DNA of 64,000 bases from an uncultured Alphaproteobacteria bacterium (GTDB lineage Bacteria > Pseudomonadota > Alphaproteobacteria > Rs-D84 > CACZYB01): assembly GCA_944390685.1 (NCBI GenBank), contig CALXQL010000016.1:17408-81407 (forward strand), read 5' to 3'. Positions 28,300-38,565 of this stretch are shown in pieces; the stretch's first letter is position 1, and every line of letters begins with the position of its first letter. The position numbers and the translations under genes were made by a program. Below the pieces are notes generated by a model, which was given only the letters and a program-made list of their open reading frames with translations, searched no databases and was not told the DNA's origin.

Positions 28300-30111
28300 A
28301 TGAAAAATACAGGAAAATTCTTTATTTTTACACTTGCTTTTATTCAAGTTTGTATTTCTTTTCAAAGTGATATTTTTGCACAAAGTAAGAAAAGAGCAGT
28401 GAAATCAACAAAAAAAACTACATCTACAAGAAGTAAGTTATCCTCTCCTACTGCAGGTATTGTTGAAGATACTTCAAGGGCAAATTTGAGTACACGTGCT
28501 GGTCGTGTGCCTTCTGGAACTGGATCTTCAACTTCTTCTACTCCTGTTGATGAAGATTCTGCTGCACAACTTTTGGCTGATAATTTACAGGCTTGTATTC
28601 AATCTCAATGTGATGGAGATGTGCCTTTTGAAAAATGTTTTAAAAGTGGACAAGCAGAGTATTTGGTTCGTATAAACACTACTTGTAAAGCAATGTATGA
28701 TGGTGCTTCATCCGATGTGGTTAGGGTAAAGGCTATGAATCTTCTTAATACAAAAATTAAGGGATATTTTAATGAATCTTGTTCTTCTGCGGGTGGTAAA
28801 GTTTCCGGAAATGATTGTAAGGTGGATATTTGTTATTTCGCAAAAGGTGGTGAAGGTAAAAATGCAAGAGAAGTAAAAAGATGTAATTCATATAAAATTG
28901 GGCAATCTTTTACTTGTTCTGCAACTACATTTGGTCTTAATGATCAAGATTTGGAATATAATGAGGGGTTGTCTTCTACGGATATTGCTACTTTGGTTCA
29001 ATCCGGTATGGGGATTTTAAATGGTGCAATTACAACAACTATGAGTGCAATTGATGCCGCTCAAGCGTCAAAGGAATTAAGACTTAAAAGTAATGTCATA
29101 GGAAGAAACTGTGTTTGTGATTGGAGTTTTGATACTAATACTTTGACTTGCTCTTCATCAAATTGTAAAGAAACTTGGACAAAGTGTGGTACGGAAGGTA
29201 AAGCAAAAGAATGTAAAGGGGATAATAAAAAAGTTGATAGTTATGGGGTTTATTATCTTGTAGCAGATAATACAGAATATAAACCTTTAGATCCTAACAA
29301 CCTTTGTTCAAAAATTAAAGTGGGTAGTAATGAAACTAAAAGTGGTTCTTGTCAAATTGAAATTCCAGAATTGACAGAGGTAGCAAGACTTGAAAAAGAG
29401 GCGGAGCTTTACAAAAAATATACTGATTTTAACAAATTAAAGTTGAATGATAATATCAATAATATAGTTAATGTTGCAACTCAACAAGCTGCATTTGCAC
29501 AATTTGGTAATGATATTGGTCTTTCAACTCAAACAAATGAGATTGATTGTGGTGTGCCAGTTGGAGTTGTGATGGGAAATAGTTTGGGACAATTAGTTGT
29601 TGATTATAATAAGAATAATCCATCTTCTAAAGTTACCTCATCTTGTCAAGTTTCAAATAATGGTTTATATGTTTGTAAAAGAGATAGTTCAAATTGTATG
29701 AATGCTGTATTTAGAAATGGAACATATATTGCAACAAATTCAACAACACCTAATATTGGTAATGTAGGTAATGCTGTAAATACTTTGACTACTTCTTTGG
29801 CAAATGCTAATCTTTCCACTAATAATTATTCTTCTGCTGTGTCAGAATATAATGAGATGGTTAAGTCAGCAAATGAAAAGAAAAATGAATTAGAGGAATT
29901 GAAGAATCGTAAGGAAGATGGTCTTTCAAATGCAATTGCCTCTGGAACTGCGACTTTGGTTCAACAAGGTGCTGCAATGACTACAACATTGGTATCCGCA
30001 GCAAATAATAAAGGTGTTATGAGTGGTGCTTGTTATTTAGGGGATCCTCAAAATGGTGGTGTGTATTTTGCAAGTGATGGACAATCAAAGAAATTAACAT
30101 GGAAAATGTAA
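28300..30111 (+). CDS. hypothetical secreted cysteine-rich protein (signal peptide, S/T-rich linker, about 34 Cys)
   Basis: N-terminal signal peptide MKNTGKFFIFTLAFIQVCISFQSDIFAQ, numerous Cys residues and asparagine-rich segments. Confidence 0.55.
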   Translation: MKNTGKFFIFTLAFIQVCISFQSDIFAQSKKRAVKSTKKTTSTRSKLSSPTAGIVEDTSRANLSTRAGRVPSGTGSSTSSTPVDEDSAAQLLADNLQACIQSQCDGDVPFEKCFKSGQAEYLVRINTTCKAMYDGASSDVVRVKAMNLLNTKIKGYFNESCSSAGGKVSGNDCKVDICYFAKGGEGKNAREVKRCNSYKIGQSFTCSATTFGLNDQDLEYNEGLSSTDIATLVQSGMGILNGAITTTMSAIDAAQASKELRLKSNVIGRNCVCDWSFDTNTLTCSSSNCKETWTKCGTEGKAKECKGDNKKVDSYGVYYLVADNTEYKPLDPNNLCSKIKVGSNETKSGSCQIEIPELTEVARLEKEAELYKKYTDFNKLKLNDNINNIVNVATQQAAFAQFGNDIGLSTQTNEIDCGVPVGVVMGNSLGQLVVDYNKNNPSSKVTSSCQVSNNGLYVCKRDSSNCMNAVFRNGTYIATNSTTPNIGNVGNAVNTLTTSLANANLSTNNYSSAVSEYNEMVKSANEKKNELEELKNRKEDGLSNAIASGTATLVQQGAAMTTTLVSAANNKGVMSGACYLGDPQNGGVYFASDGQSKKLTWKM

Positions 30112-30114
30112 GAG

Positions 30115-30140
30115 ATAGCCTCATATTGAGGCTATTTTTA
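30115..30140. terminator. bidirectional terminator hairpin (ATAGCCTCA-TAT-TGAGGCTAT followed by a T-run)
   Basis: A 9-bp inverted repeat lying between convergent genes. Confidence 0.55.
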
Positions 30141-30756
30141 TTCCCAAAAGTTTTGATAGGATAGTTGCTTGATATGGATTGACTATCATTCCCTTTAATT
30201 CATGAAAGTCATTAGAAATTACTATGTTTTCAATTTCGCAAGTGGTAAAATCTATATCCTTTAATCTTGTTTTAAAAAAATTTGTGCCGGTGTAAATTGT
30301 ATTTTTTGTTATGAAATTTTTTAGTAGGCATTCACTTAATGATGATGAATTAAAATCGCTTTGGTTTATTTCTGTGTTATTAAAATTTATTTTATCCAAA
30401 ATGGAATATTTGAAATTTGAATCGTTTATTTTTGTTTGTTTTATACTGGATTCTTCTAAATTACATCCAACAAATTTTGATGAAATTATTTCGCTTTGGT
30501 TTATATAATTTTCTTTCATATTAGAGTTTGAAAAATCACAATTTTTTAAAATAACATCTATAAATTCGCATTTTGTAAAATCGCAATTTGTAAATTTACA
30601 TTTTTCAAAAATGCTGTTCCTAAATATAGAGGAGGTGATATCAACCCCCTCTAATTCCATATTTTTTATATGGTTATATTCAATATAACTTTCTGATACC
30701 ATATTACCATTAAATATAGTTAAATTTTGTGGTATATTTGGTGAAAGAATTGTCAT
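30121..30756 (-). CDS. pentapeptide-repeat protein (Qnr/McbG/MfpA-like fold)
   Basis: Tandem A(D/N)LxF-type pentapeptides (CKFTNCDFTKCEFIDVILKNCDFSNSNMKE...); 211 aa. Its start overlaps the tkt stop. Confidence 0.7.
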   Translation of the reverse strand: MTILSPNIPQNLTIFNGNMVSESYIEYNHIKNMELEGVDITSSIFRNSIFEKCKFTNCDFTKCEFIDVILKNCDFSNSNMKENYINQSEIISSKFVGCNLEESSIKQTKINDSNFKYSILDKINFNNTEINQSDFNSSSLSECLLKNFITKNTIYTGTNFFKTRLKDIDFTTCEIENIVISNDFHELKGMIVNPYQATILSKLLGIKIASI

Positions 30757-32738
30757 TATAAAGATTCCTTTATTCTTTGTGCCAAATCTTCCGGTGTGAA
30801 TTTAAATTCTTTCAATAAATCCTTATATGGTGCGGAAAGTCCAAAGTGATCCAATCCTATTTTTATATCGGCGTATTTGTCCCAACCATAGGTGGAACCT
30901 GCCTCAATTGATATACAAATGGTTTCAAGTGGAAGTATGCTTTCCTTATATTCATCACTTTGTTCTTCAAATAAATTCATTGATGGCATGGATACAACAC
31001 TTGCATTGATGTTATCTTTTGTAAGAAGAATTTTTTGAGCCTCTATTGCAAGGGCTACTTCACTTCCTGTTGCAATTATTGTTAAAAGTTGTGGTATATC
31101 TTTTTTTGCCTTACTTATTATATATGCACCTTTTGATGTTTTGTTTTCATCTATATCCTTTCTTAATAAAGGGGTATTTTGACGAGTGAATAAAAGTGCA
31201 GTTGGTTTATCGTTTGTTTTAAGTGCAATTTCCCATGCTTCGGTTGCTTCTATTGCATCGGCTGGTCTTATTACATTGATATTAGGTTGTGCACGTAGCA
31301 TTGCAAGATGTTCAATAGGTTGATGTGTTGGACCATCTTCTCCCAACATGAAACTATCGTGTGTGAATATATATATCACTCCTTGTTTCATTATTGATGA
31401 TAGGCGAAGAGATGGTTTTAAGTAATCTAAAAATGTAAAAAATGTTGAACAAAAACTTTTAAATCCAGATAGGGATAATCCGTTTGACATTGCGGACATT
31501 AGGTGTTCCCTTATTCCATATTCAATGAAGTTTCCAGAAAAATCATCACTTGTGATTGGTTTTGTGTTTTCATTTTTTGTTTCGGTTGGACCGCTTAAAT
31601 CTGCTGTGCCTCCTACCAATGTTGGAAGTTCATTTATAATTGATTTCAATATGATACCATTTGCATTACGGGTGGCCTTTGAAAAATCTTCATTTATAAA
31701 ATATTGTTTTATTGATTGGAATGTTTTTGTTATATCAGGTTGGTTGTGTGTAGAAAGTTGATTTAAAAACTCCTTTTGATTTATTGGTAAATTATTTACT
31801 TTTTCTTGCCAAAGATTTATTTCGTTTATGTATTGGGTGCCTATTTCATTCCATTCTGTTAATATATCTGTTGGTATTTCAAATGGGGGATATTCCCAAT
31901 TTAGGTTAAGGGCTAATTTATTTCTTTGTTCTTCACTTAAAGGTGAGCCGTGAACTTTACTTGTGTTTTCGGTTTCCTCTAATCCCTTTCCTATGGTTGT
32001 TTTAACGAAAATAAATGTTGGTTTTGTAGAAGATTTTGCAAGAGTTAAGATGGTGTCAATTTCTTCAAAATCATAACCATTTTTTATTTCGTATGTTTTC
32101 CAATTATTCGCTTTGAACCTTTCAATCATATTTGTATTATTGGTCATAGTGGCTTTACCATCTATAGTAATATTATTGTTATCCCAAAGGACTATAATAT
32201 TATTTAAATTCAGTGTGCCAGCAAGTGATATTGCCTCTTCCGATATTCCTTCCATAAGGCAACCATCACCTGCAAGAACATATATTTTATTATCTATAAT
32301 TTCCTTTGAAAGGTGCGCTTGTTTTATTTTATCGGCAAGGGCTATCCCAATTGAAGTTGCTATGCCTTGTCCCAAAGGTCCAGTTGTGGTTTCTATACCA
32401 TTTAGGTATCCATATTCTGGATGTCCCGCTGTTTTTGCATGAAGTTGGCGAAAGTTTTTTATTTCATTTATATTTATATCTTCGTATCCGGTTAGGTATA
32501 AAATACTATATAATAATGCTGATCCGTGTCCTGCGGATAAAATAAATTTATCACGATTTTCCCATTTTGGATATTTACTTGAAAATTTAAGATGTTTTGC
32601 AAATAATGTTGTTATGAGTTCCGCAGTTCCCATTGGAAGTCCGGGATGTCCCGATTTTGCCTTTGTTATCATATCTACGGATAACATTCTTACAGCATTT
32701 GACATTTTTTGAAGTAAATCTTTTTCTTTTTGTTGCAT
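30756..32738 (-). CDS. tkt: transketolase
   Basis: ThDP-binding motifs (GHPG..., GDGCLMEG) with pyrimidine-binding and C-terminal domains; 660 aa. Confidence 0.95.
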   Translation of the reverse strand: MQQKEKDLLQKMSNAVRMLSVDMITKAKSGHPGLPMGTAELITTLFAKHLKFSSKYPKWENRDKFILSAGHGSALLYSILYLTGYEDININEIKNFRQLHAKTAGHPEYGYLNGIETTTGPLGQGIATSIGIALADKIKQAHLSKEIIDNKIYVLAGDGCLMEGISEEAISLAGTLNLNNIIVLWDNNNITIDGKATMTNNTNMIERFKANNWKTYEIKNGYDFEEIDTILTLAKSSTKPTFIFVKTTIGKGLEETENTSKVHGSPLSEEQRNKLALNLNWEYPPFEIPTDILTEWNEIGTQYINEINLWQEKVNNLPINQKEFLNQLSTHNQPDITKTFQSIKQYFINEDFSKATRNANGIILKSIINELPTLVGGTADLSGPTETKNENTKPITSDDFSGNFIEYGIREHLMSAMSNGLSLSGFKSFCSTFFTFLDYLKPSLRLSSIMKQGVIYIFTHDSFMLGEDGPTHQPIEHLAMLRAQPNINVIRPADAIEATEAWEIALKTNDKPTALLFTRQNTPLLRKDIDENKTSKGAYIISKAKKDIPQLLTIIATGSEVALAIEAQKILLTKDNINASVVSMPSMNLFEEQSDEYKESILPLETICISIEAGSTYGWDKYADIKIGLDHFGLSAPYKDLLKEFKFTPEDLAQRIKESL

Positions 32739-32798
32739 TTTACTCTCCTTTATTTATAATTCTTTATATTAACAATAATTGTTGGAGAAAATCAAGTT

Positions 32799-33233
32799 AT
32801 GAGTGAAAAACTTTTTATTTATACCGATGGCGCGTGTAGTGGCAATCCTGGTAAAGGGGGGTGGGGGGCTTTGTTAATTTATGGTGAACATAGAAAAGAA
32901 ATCTATGGTGGTGAATATGATACCACCAATAATCAAATGGAATTAAAAGCTGTTATTGAGGCTTTGAAATCCCTTAAAAAACCTACTTCAATTGATTTAT
33001 GGACGGATAGTCAATATGTAAAAAATGGTATTACAGAATGGATTACCAATTGGAAAAAAAATGGTTGGAAAAATGCTCAAAAAAAGCCTATTAAAAATAA
33101 AGAATTATGGTTGGAACTTGATAATCTTGTTTCTTTACATGATATTTCTTGGCATTGGGTCAAGGGGCATAATGGACATACGGAAAATGAACGTGTTGAT
33201 GAATTGGCTAGGTTAGGTATTAGTGAATTGTAA
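32799..33233 (+). CDS. rnhA: ribonuclease HI
   Basis: [20 protein letters not shown] and TNNQMEL motifs; 144 aa. Confidence 0.9.
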   Translation: MSEKLFIYTDGACSGNPGKGGWGALLIYGEHRKEIYGGEYDTTNNQMELKAVIEALKSLKKPTSIDLWTDSQYVKNGITEWITNWKKNGWKNAQKKPIKNKELWLELDNLVSLHDISWHWVKGHNGHTENERVDELARLGISEL

Positions 33234-33949
33234 TGAAACCTTTTGAATATTCTTTTGTTATTAAAAAGGGTGGGGAAGAAGTTCAAGTAATCCCAGTGGA
33301 ATTTGTTTGTTCAATTTCCGCAAAATCTATTAAAATAACCCCTAATTTAGCAAAGCAAATTGTTAAAGTTTCTTATCCTTTTTTTGTAAGTAGAAGTAGG
33401 GCGGTTGCTTTTTTGGAAAGTAAAAAAGATTGGGTTGCAACTCAGTTGGAAAAAGTTCCCGATAAAATTATTATTGATGATGGTGTGGAAATTTCTTTGC
33501 TAGGTAAAAAATATAAAATTTCTCATATTCCTAATGCAAGAAGAGGTGTATGGTGTGAGGGGGAATATATCTTTGTTTCTGGAAATAGGGAATTTTTAAA
33601 TAGAAGAGTTAAGGATTTTATTAAAAATGAAGTTAAAAATTATTTTACATCAAAAGTAAAATTTTATGCAAATATTTTAAATGTTGATTTTGGTAAAATT
33701 TCCGTAAAAGATACCACTTCACGTTGGGGAAGTTGTGCAAGTAATGGAAATCTTTCTTTTTCTTGGCGACTGGCTTTTGCTCCTTTGTTCGTTATTGATT
33801 ATATTGTTGCGCATGAAGTTGCTCATTTAGCTGAACTTAATCATTCTTATAGGTTTTGGAGAGTAGTAAAAAATATTTATGAGGGAGATGTGGATAAGGC
33901 TCAAAAATGGCTTTCAAGAAATGGTCTAACTTTATATGCTATAAATTAA
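33233..33949 (+). CDS. YgjP-like (DUF45/M48-fold) zinc metallohydrolase
   Basis: HEVAHLAELNH (HExxH) motif; it is translationally coupled to rnhA by a TAATG overlap. Confidence 0.6.
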   Translation: MKPFEYSFVIKKGGEEVQVIPVEFVCSISAKSIKITPNLAKQIVKVSYPFFVSRSRAVAFLESKKDWVATQLEKVPDKIIIDDGVEISLLGKKYKISHIPNARRGVWCEGEYIFVSGNREFLNRRVKDFIKNEVKNYFTSKVKFYANILNVDFGKISVKDTTSRWGSCASNGNLSFSWRLAFAPLFVIDYIVAHEVAHLAELNHSYRFWRVVKNIYEGDVDKAQKWLSRNGLTLYAIN

Positions 33950-34015
33950 ATTTTACTTGCAAGAGTGGATTTTTGATTATAAAATAACCCTGTTTTAAAT
34001 TTTTATGAGGTAGAA

Positions 34016-36622
34016 GTGGAAAATTTTGAAAATAAAAATAATATTGATGAAAAGGAAAATATTCCTTCCAATAATAATGTAAATAATCCTTTGAACCAAT
34101 TGGATAGCATTAAGTTATCTTCAAATATGGAAGTTAATAAAAATCTTGGGAAAAAGAAAAAATCTAAATTGGAAATATTTTTTATGGGGTTGTTTTTCTT
34201 TTCCATTATGTCTTTATTATTATTTATTTTCATTTTTATGAAGTTTGGTGTTAATCTTCCCGATTATAATCAATTGGCTGAATACAAACCTCCCGTTACA
34301 AGTAGGTTTTATGCCGGTGATGGATCTTTGCTTACCGAATATGCAACGGAACAACGAATCTATGTTCCTTTGAAAGATGTTCCACCGAATCTTGTAAATG
34401 CCTTTGTTGCAGCAGAGGATAAAAACTTTTGGACCCATAGTGGTATTGATTTAGTAGGTATCATGAGGGCTATTTTAACAAATATTAAAATAAAGCTTCT
34501 TGGTGGTGGAAGAATGGTTGGTGCATCAACAATTACTCAACAAGTTGCAAAAAATTTCTTCCTTTCATCTGAGCAATCTTTTACAAGAAAAATTAAGGAA
34601 ATTATTTTGGCTTTGAAAATGGAAAGGGCTTTTTCAAAACGTCATATTTTAACTCTTTATTTTAATCAAATATTTTTAGGTTTCCGTTCCTATGGTGTGG
34701 CAGCAGCAGCACTTAATTATTTTAATAAATCATTAGATGAATTAACTCTTGCTGAATGTGCATTTTTGGCGGGACTTCCTAAAGCTCCTAGCACATATAA
34801 TCCAATTACTAATAAGGAAAAGGCTATAAATAGAAGAAATTATGTTTTGGATCGTATGGAAGAAGACGGATATATCACAAAAGAAGAGGCAGAATCAGCA
34901 AAGCAAGAAGATATTGTTGTAAATGAAAATTTCATTTCAAAACAACAACGTTATTCTTTATATTTTTCCGAAGATGTTCGTAAAGAATTATCAAATATTT
35001 ATGGTGAAGAACAGCTTTATGGTGGTGGTTTATCGGTAAGAACTACTATCAATCCTAAATATCAAGAAATTGCAACAAAAGTTTTGCGTAAGTCTTTGAT
35101 TGATTTTGATAGAAAGCAAGGTTTTAGAGGTGCGGAAAAAAATATTGATATAAACGATCCTGTTTGGTTGCAAGATGCTTCAATTGTAAAACAAGTTGAA
35201 AATAATGATAAGGAATTATGGCAAATATTATTATCACGAACAAATATTGTATCAGGTATGGAAGATGATGGTTGGAAAAAATCTATTGTCTTAAATGTAA
35301 ATGATAGTCTTGCAGAATTAGGTTTTGTTGATGGTAAAAAGGGTAGTTTGCCTTTATCCGATTTATCATGGGCAAAGCATGGTATTAAATCTGTTAAAGA
35401 TATTTTAAAAGTTGGTGATGTTATCTTTGTAAAGCTTGTTAATAAGGATAATAATATTTATTCTTTGCAACAAGTGCCAGAACTTAATGGTTCTATGGTT
35501 GTATTGGATCCTCATACCGGTCGTGTGTTTGCCATGGTTGGAGGTTTTTCTTATACAAGAAGTAAGTTCAATCGTGCAACACAAGCATATAGACAACCCG
35601 GTTCTACAATTAAACCTTTTGTATATTTAACCGCTTTGGAAACTGGTAATTATACTCCGTCATCAGTTATTCTTGATGCCCCAGTGGTATTGGAAAAAGG
35701 TGATGGTGAATTATGGAAACCGGAAAATTATGATAATGCTTTTGCAGGTGAAATTACTTTTAGAAGAGCATTGGAAAAATCAAAAAATAATCCAACAATT
35801 AGAATTGCAAAAGATGTTGGCGTTTCTAAATTTATTGATACAGCTTTAAAGTTTGGTGTTTATAAAAAAGTTGATGAACCAAACCTTTCTATGGCTTTGG
35901 GTAGTGGTGATACCACTCTTATTGATTTGACTTCCGCTTTTGCAAAGTTAATCAATGGTGGTAAGCAAATTGAAACTATTTTAGTTGATAGGATTCAAGA
36001 TAGAAATGGAAAAACTATTTATAATTCGGATAAAAGAGTTTGTGAAAATTGTGCCAATATTATGTGGACTGATAACCTTACTCCTCCGGAAATTAAAGAT
36101 GAAAGGGAACAACTTGCCGATCCTGTATCTGTTTATCAAATAGTTCATATCTTAGAAGGTGTTGTGGAAAGAGGTAGCGGTTGGAAAGCAAGAATTACAG
36201 GTAAAACAATTGGTGGAAAAACTGGAACTTCAAATGACCAAAAAGATGTGTGGTTTGTGGGTGGAACTCCTGATTTAGTGGCTGGTGTATTCCTTGGATT
36301 TGATCAACCAAAAAGTTTAGGTAATTATGCTGCAGGTGGATCTTTGGCTGCACCTATATTTAAAGAATTTATGCAAGAAGTTTTAAAGGATAAAAAAGAT
36401 GTTGCTTTCCGTGTGCCAGAAGGGGTTAGTTTTGTTCGTGTTAATCGTGAAACTGGAAAACCTGCTTCTGTAATGGATAATAATTTTAATGTGATTTTGG
36501 AGGCTTTTCGTGAGGGAACTGAACAATCTATTTTAGATAAGGCAAAGTCGTCTCCTAATCTTAATAATGTGGATAATTCTGGTGTTGTTGGAACGGAAAC
36601 TAATTTTGATGGAATTTATTAA
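34016..36622 (+). CDS. mrcA: penicillin-binding protein 1A (bifunctional transglycosylase/transpeptidase)
   Basis: GT51 motifs (EDKNFWTHSGID, RKIKE), transpeptidase motifs STIKP and KTGT, and an N-terminal TM anchor. The start codon is uncertain (GTG/ATG). Confidence 0.9.
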   Translation: MENFENKNNIDEKENIPSNNNVNNPLNQLDSIKLSSNMEVNKNLGKKKKSKLEIFFMGLFFFSIMSLLLFIFIFMKFGVNLPDYNQLAEYKPPVTSRFYAGDGSLLTEYATEQRIYVPLKDVPPNLVNAFVAAEDKNFWTHSGIDLVGIMRAILTNIKIKLLGGGRMVGASTITQQVAKNFFLSSEQSFTRKIKEIILALKMERAFSKRHILTLYFNQIFLGFRSYGVAAAALNYFNKSLDELTLAECAFLAGLPKAPSTYNPITNKEKAINRRNYVLDRMEEDGYITKEEAESAKQEDIVVNENFISKQQRYSLYFSEDVRKELSNIYGEEQLYGGGLSVRTTINPKYQEIATKVLRKSLIDFDRKQGFRGAEKNIDINDPVWLQDASIVKQVENNDKELWQILLSRTNIVSGMEDDGWKKSIVLNVNDSLAELGFVDGKKGSLPLSDLSWAKHGIKSVKDILKVGDVIFVKLVNKDNNIYSLQQVPELNGSMVVLDPHTGRVFAMVGGFSYTRSKFNRATQAYRQPGSTIKPFVYLTALETGNYTPSSVILDAPVVLEKGDGELWKPENYDNAFAGEITFRRALEKSKNNPTIRIAKDVGVSKFIDTALKFGVYKKVDEPNLSMALGSGDTTLIDLTSAFAKLINGGKQIETILVDRIQDRNGKTIYNSDKRVCENCANIMWTDNLTPPEIKDEREQLADPVSVYQIVHILEGVVERGSGWKARITGKTIGGKTGTSNDQKDVWFVGGTPDLVAGVFLGFDQPKSLGNYAAGGSLAAPIFKEFMQEVLKDKKDVAFRVPEGVSFVRVNRETGKPASVMDNNFNVILEAFREGTEQSILDKAKSSPNLNNVDNSGVVGTETNFDGIY

Positions 36623-36651
36623 ATTTTTCTTAAGTATGTAAGGAGTTTTTT

Positions 36652-37977
36652 ATGGATTATTTTAAAATAAAAGGTGGATGTACACTTAATGGTTCAGTCA
36701 ATATTAGAGGTGCAAAAAATTCCGTGTTGGAATTGATGTCTGCATCTATATTAACTGATGAACCTATGATTCTTCATAATGTGCCTAATTTAGCGGATAT
36801 TCAAACATTGATAAATTTACTTTCAAATTTTGGAACTATTGTTGATTGGGATAAAGAAAATCATACAATGAAACTTCATACCCCAGAAATTAAATCTATA
36901 AAAGCTCCTTATGAAATTGTAAAAAAAATGCGTGCTTCCATTTATGTATTGGGAGCATTGATGGGTAGATGTGGGGAGGCAAAAGTTTCTTCTCCTGGTG
37001 GTTGTGTGATTGGTCAAAGACCTGTCAATATTCATCTTTTAGCTATGGAAGCTTTAGGAGCAAAAATTGAAATGCATCATGGATATATTGTTGGTGAAGC
37101 TCCTTCTATGAATGGTATCAAAAGACTTCAAGGGGGAATTATTAGTGGACTTGTGCGTATTCAAGATGGTATCCCTATTACTACTCATGGTGGTAATGTT
37201 AATGCAATTGAGGCGGCGGTTTTAGCTGAAGGTGAAACAATTATTGAATATGCTTCTCTTGAACCGGAAATTGATGATTTGATTGATATGCTTAATAAGA
37301 TGGGGGCAAAAATTTCTCGTGATGTTAAGGATGGTGTAAATATTATTAGAATACAGGGAGTGGAAAAACTTCATGGCTGTGAATATTGGGTTATGCCTGA
37401 TAGATTAGAGGCTGGAACTTATGCTATTGCAGCAGCTATGACCGGTGGATGTGTGGAAATTTGTAATGCTGATATTTCAAAAATGGAAATAGTCATTGAA
37501 AAACTTCGTGATGCTGGTGTTAAAATTACTCCTACAAATAATGGTTTTATTTGTGATGCAAAAGGGGTAGAATTAAAACCTGTGGATGTTGATGTGGCTC
37601 AATATCCTGGATTTCCAACTGATATGCAATCTCAATTTATGACTTTGATGACTATTGCAAATGGAACTTCAACATTAAAGGAAACTTTATTTGAAAATAG
37701 ATTGATGTATGTTCCTGAACTTGTTCGTATGGGGGCTGATATTGAAATTTTAGGTGATGGTATTGCAAAATTTCATGGAGTAAAAAAACTTTATGGTGCT
37801 GATGTGATGGCTTCTGATTTAAGATGTGGCGCCTCACTTGTAATTGCTGGATTGATAGCAGATGGTGAAACTATTTTACATAGGGTGTATCATATTTATC
37901 GTGGGTATGAAAACTTTGTGGAAAATTTGGTTGCATTGGGTGCTGATATTGAAGTGTTAAATGAAACTATGGATTAA
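36652..37977 (+). CDS. murA: UDP-N-acetylglucosamine 1-carboxyvinyltransferase
   Basis: 441 aa with a K22-type motif (RGAKNSVLELMSA) and active-site Cys loop (SPGGCVIGQRP). Confidence 0.95.
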   Translation: MDYFKIKGGCTLNGSVNIRGAKNSVLELMSASILTDEPMILHNVPNLADIQTLINLLSNFGTIVDWDKENHTMKLHTPEIKSIKAPYEIVKKMRASIYVLGALMGRCGEAKVSSPGGCVIGQRPVNIHLLAMEALGAKIEMHHGYIVGEAPSMNGIKRLQGGIISGLVRIQDGIPITTHGGNVNAIEAAVLAEGETIIEYASLEPEIDDLIDMLNKMGAKISRDVKDGVNIIRIQGVEKLHGCEYWVMPDRLEAGTYAIAAAMTGGCVEICNADISKMEIVIEKLRDAGVKITPTNNGFICDAKGVELKPVDVDVAQYPGFPTDMQSQFMTLMTIANGTSTLKETLFENRLMYVPELVRMGADIEILGDGIAKFHGVKKLYGADVMASDLRCGASLVIAGLIADGETILHRVYHIYRGYENFVENLVALGADIEVLNETMD

Positions 37978-37988
37978 GGAGTTTTTAT

Positions 37989-38558
37989 ATGAGATGTCCT
38001 TTTTGTGCTTCTGTTGATACTCAGGTTAAAGATTCAAGAATGGCGGAAGATGGATCCTATATCAAAAGACGTAGGTTTTGTTCCGAATGTGGATCGCGTT
38101 TTACAACTTTTGAAAGAATTCAATTAAAGGATATTATGGTTAAAAAATCAAATGGTGTTGTAGTGCCTTTTGAAAGAGAAAAACTTTTGAAATCTATTCA
38201 AGTTGCTTGTAAAAAAAGACCAATTTCAGATGAAAGAATTGAAAAAATTGTTTCTTCTATTCAACGACAACTTGAAGCTAATACTGATGGCGAAATTACA
38301 TCTAAAGAAATTGGTGTATTGGTGATGGATATTCTTTCAAATTTGGATATAATTGCATATATTAGATTTGCTTCTGTTTATTATAATTTTGATAAAAAAG
38401 AGGATTTTTTAACTTTTATTGATACTATTAAAAAAGAAATTTCTATTTTTGATGAGGGAAATAAAAATTTAGATGCTATGTCTTATAATAAATGCACTAT
38501 AAATCCGGATTTTCCAAATAATCAAGTTAATGATAAAAATGATTTATTTGAAAAATAG
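37989..38558 (+). CDS. nrdR: transcriptional repressor NrdR (with a ~40-aa C-terminal extension)
   Basis: MRCPFCASVDTQVKDSR...CSECGSRFTTFE zinc ribbon followed by an ATP-cone. Confidence 0.9.
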   Translation: MRCPFCASVDTQVKDSRMAEDGSYIKRRRFCSECGSRFTTFERIQLKDIMVKKSNGVVVPFEREKLLKSIQVACKKRPISDERIEKIVSSIQRQLEANTDGEITSKEIGVLVMDILSNLDIIAYIRFASVYYNFDKKEDFLTFIDTIKKEISIFDEGNKNLDAMSYNKCTINPDFPNNQVNDKNDLFEK

Positions 38559-38565
38559 AATTTAG

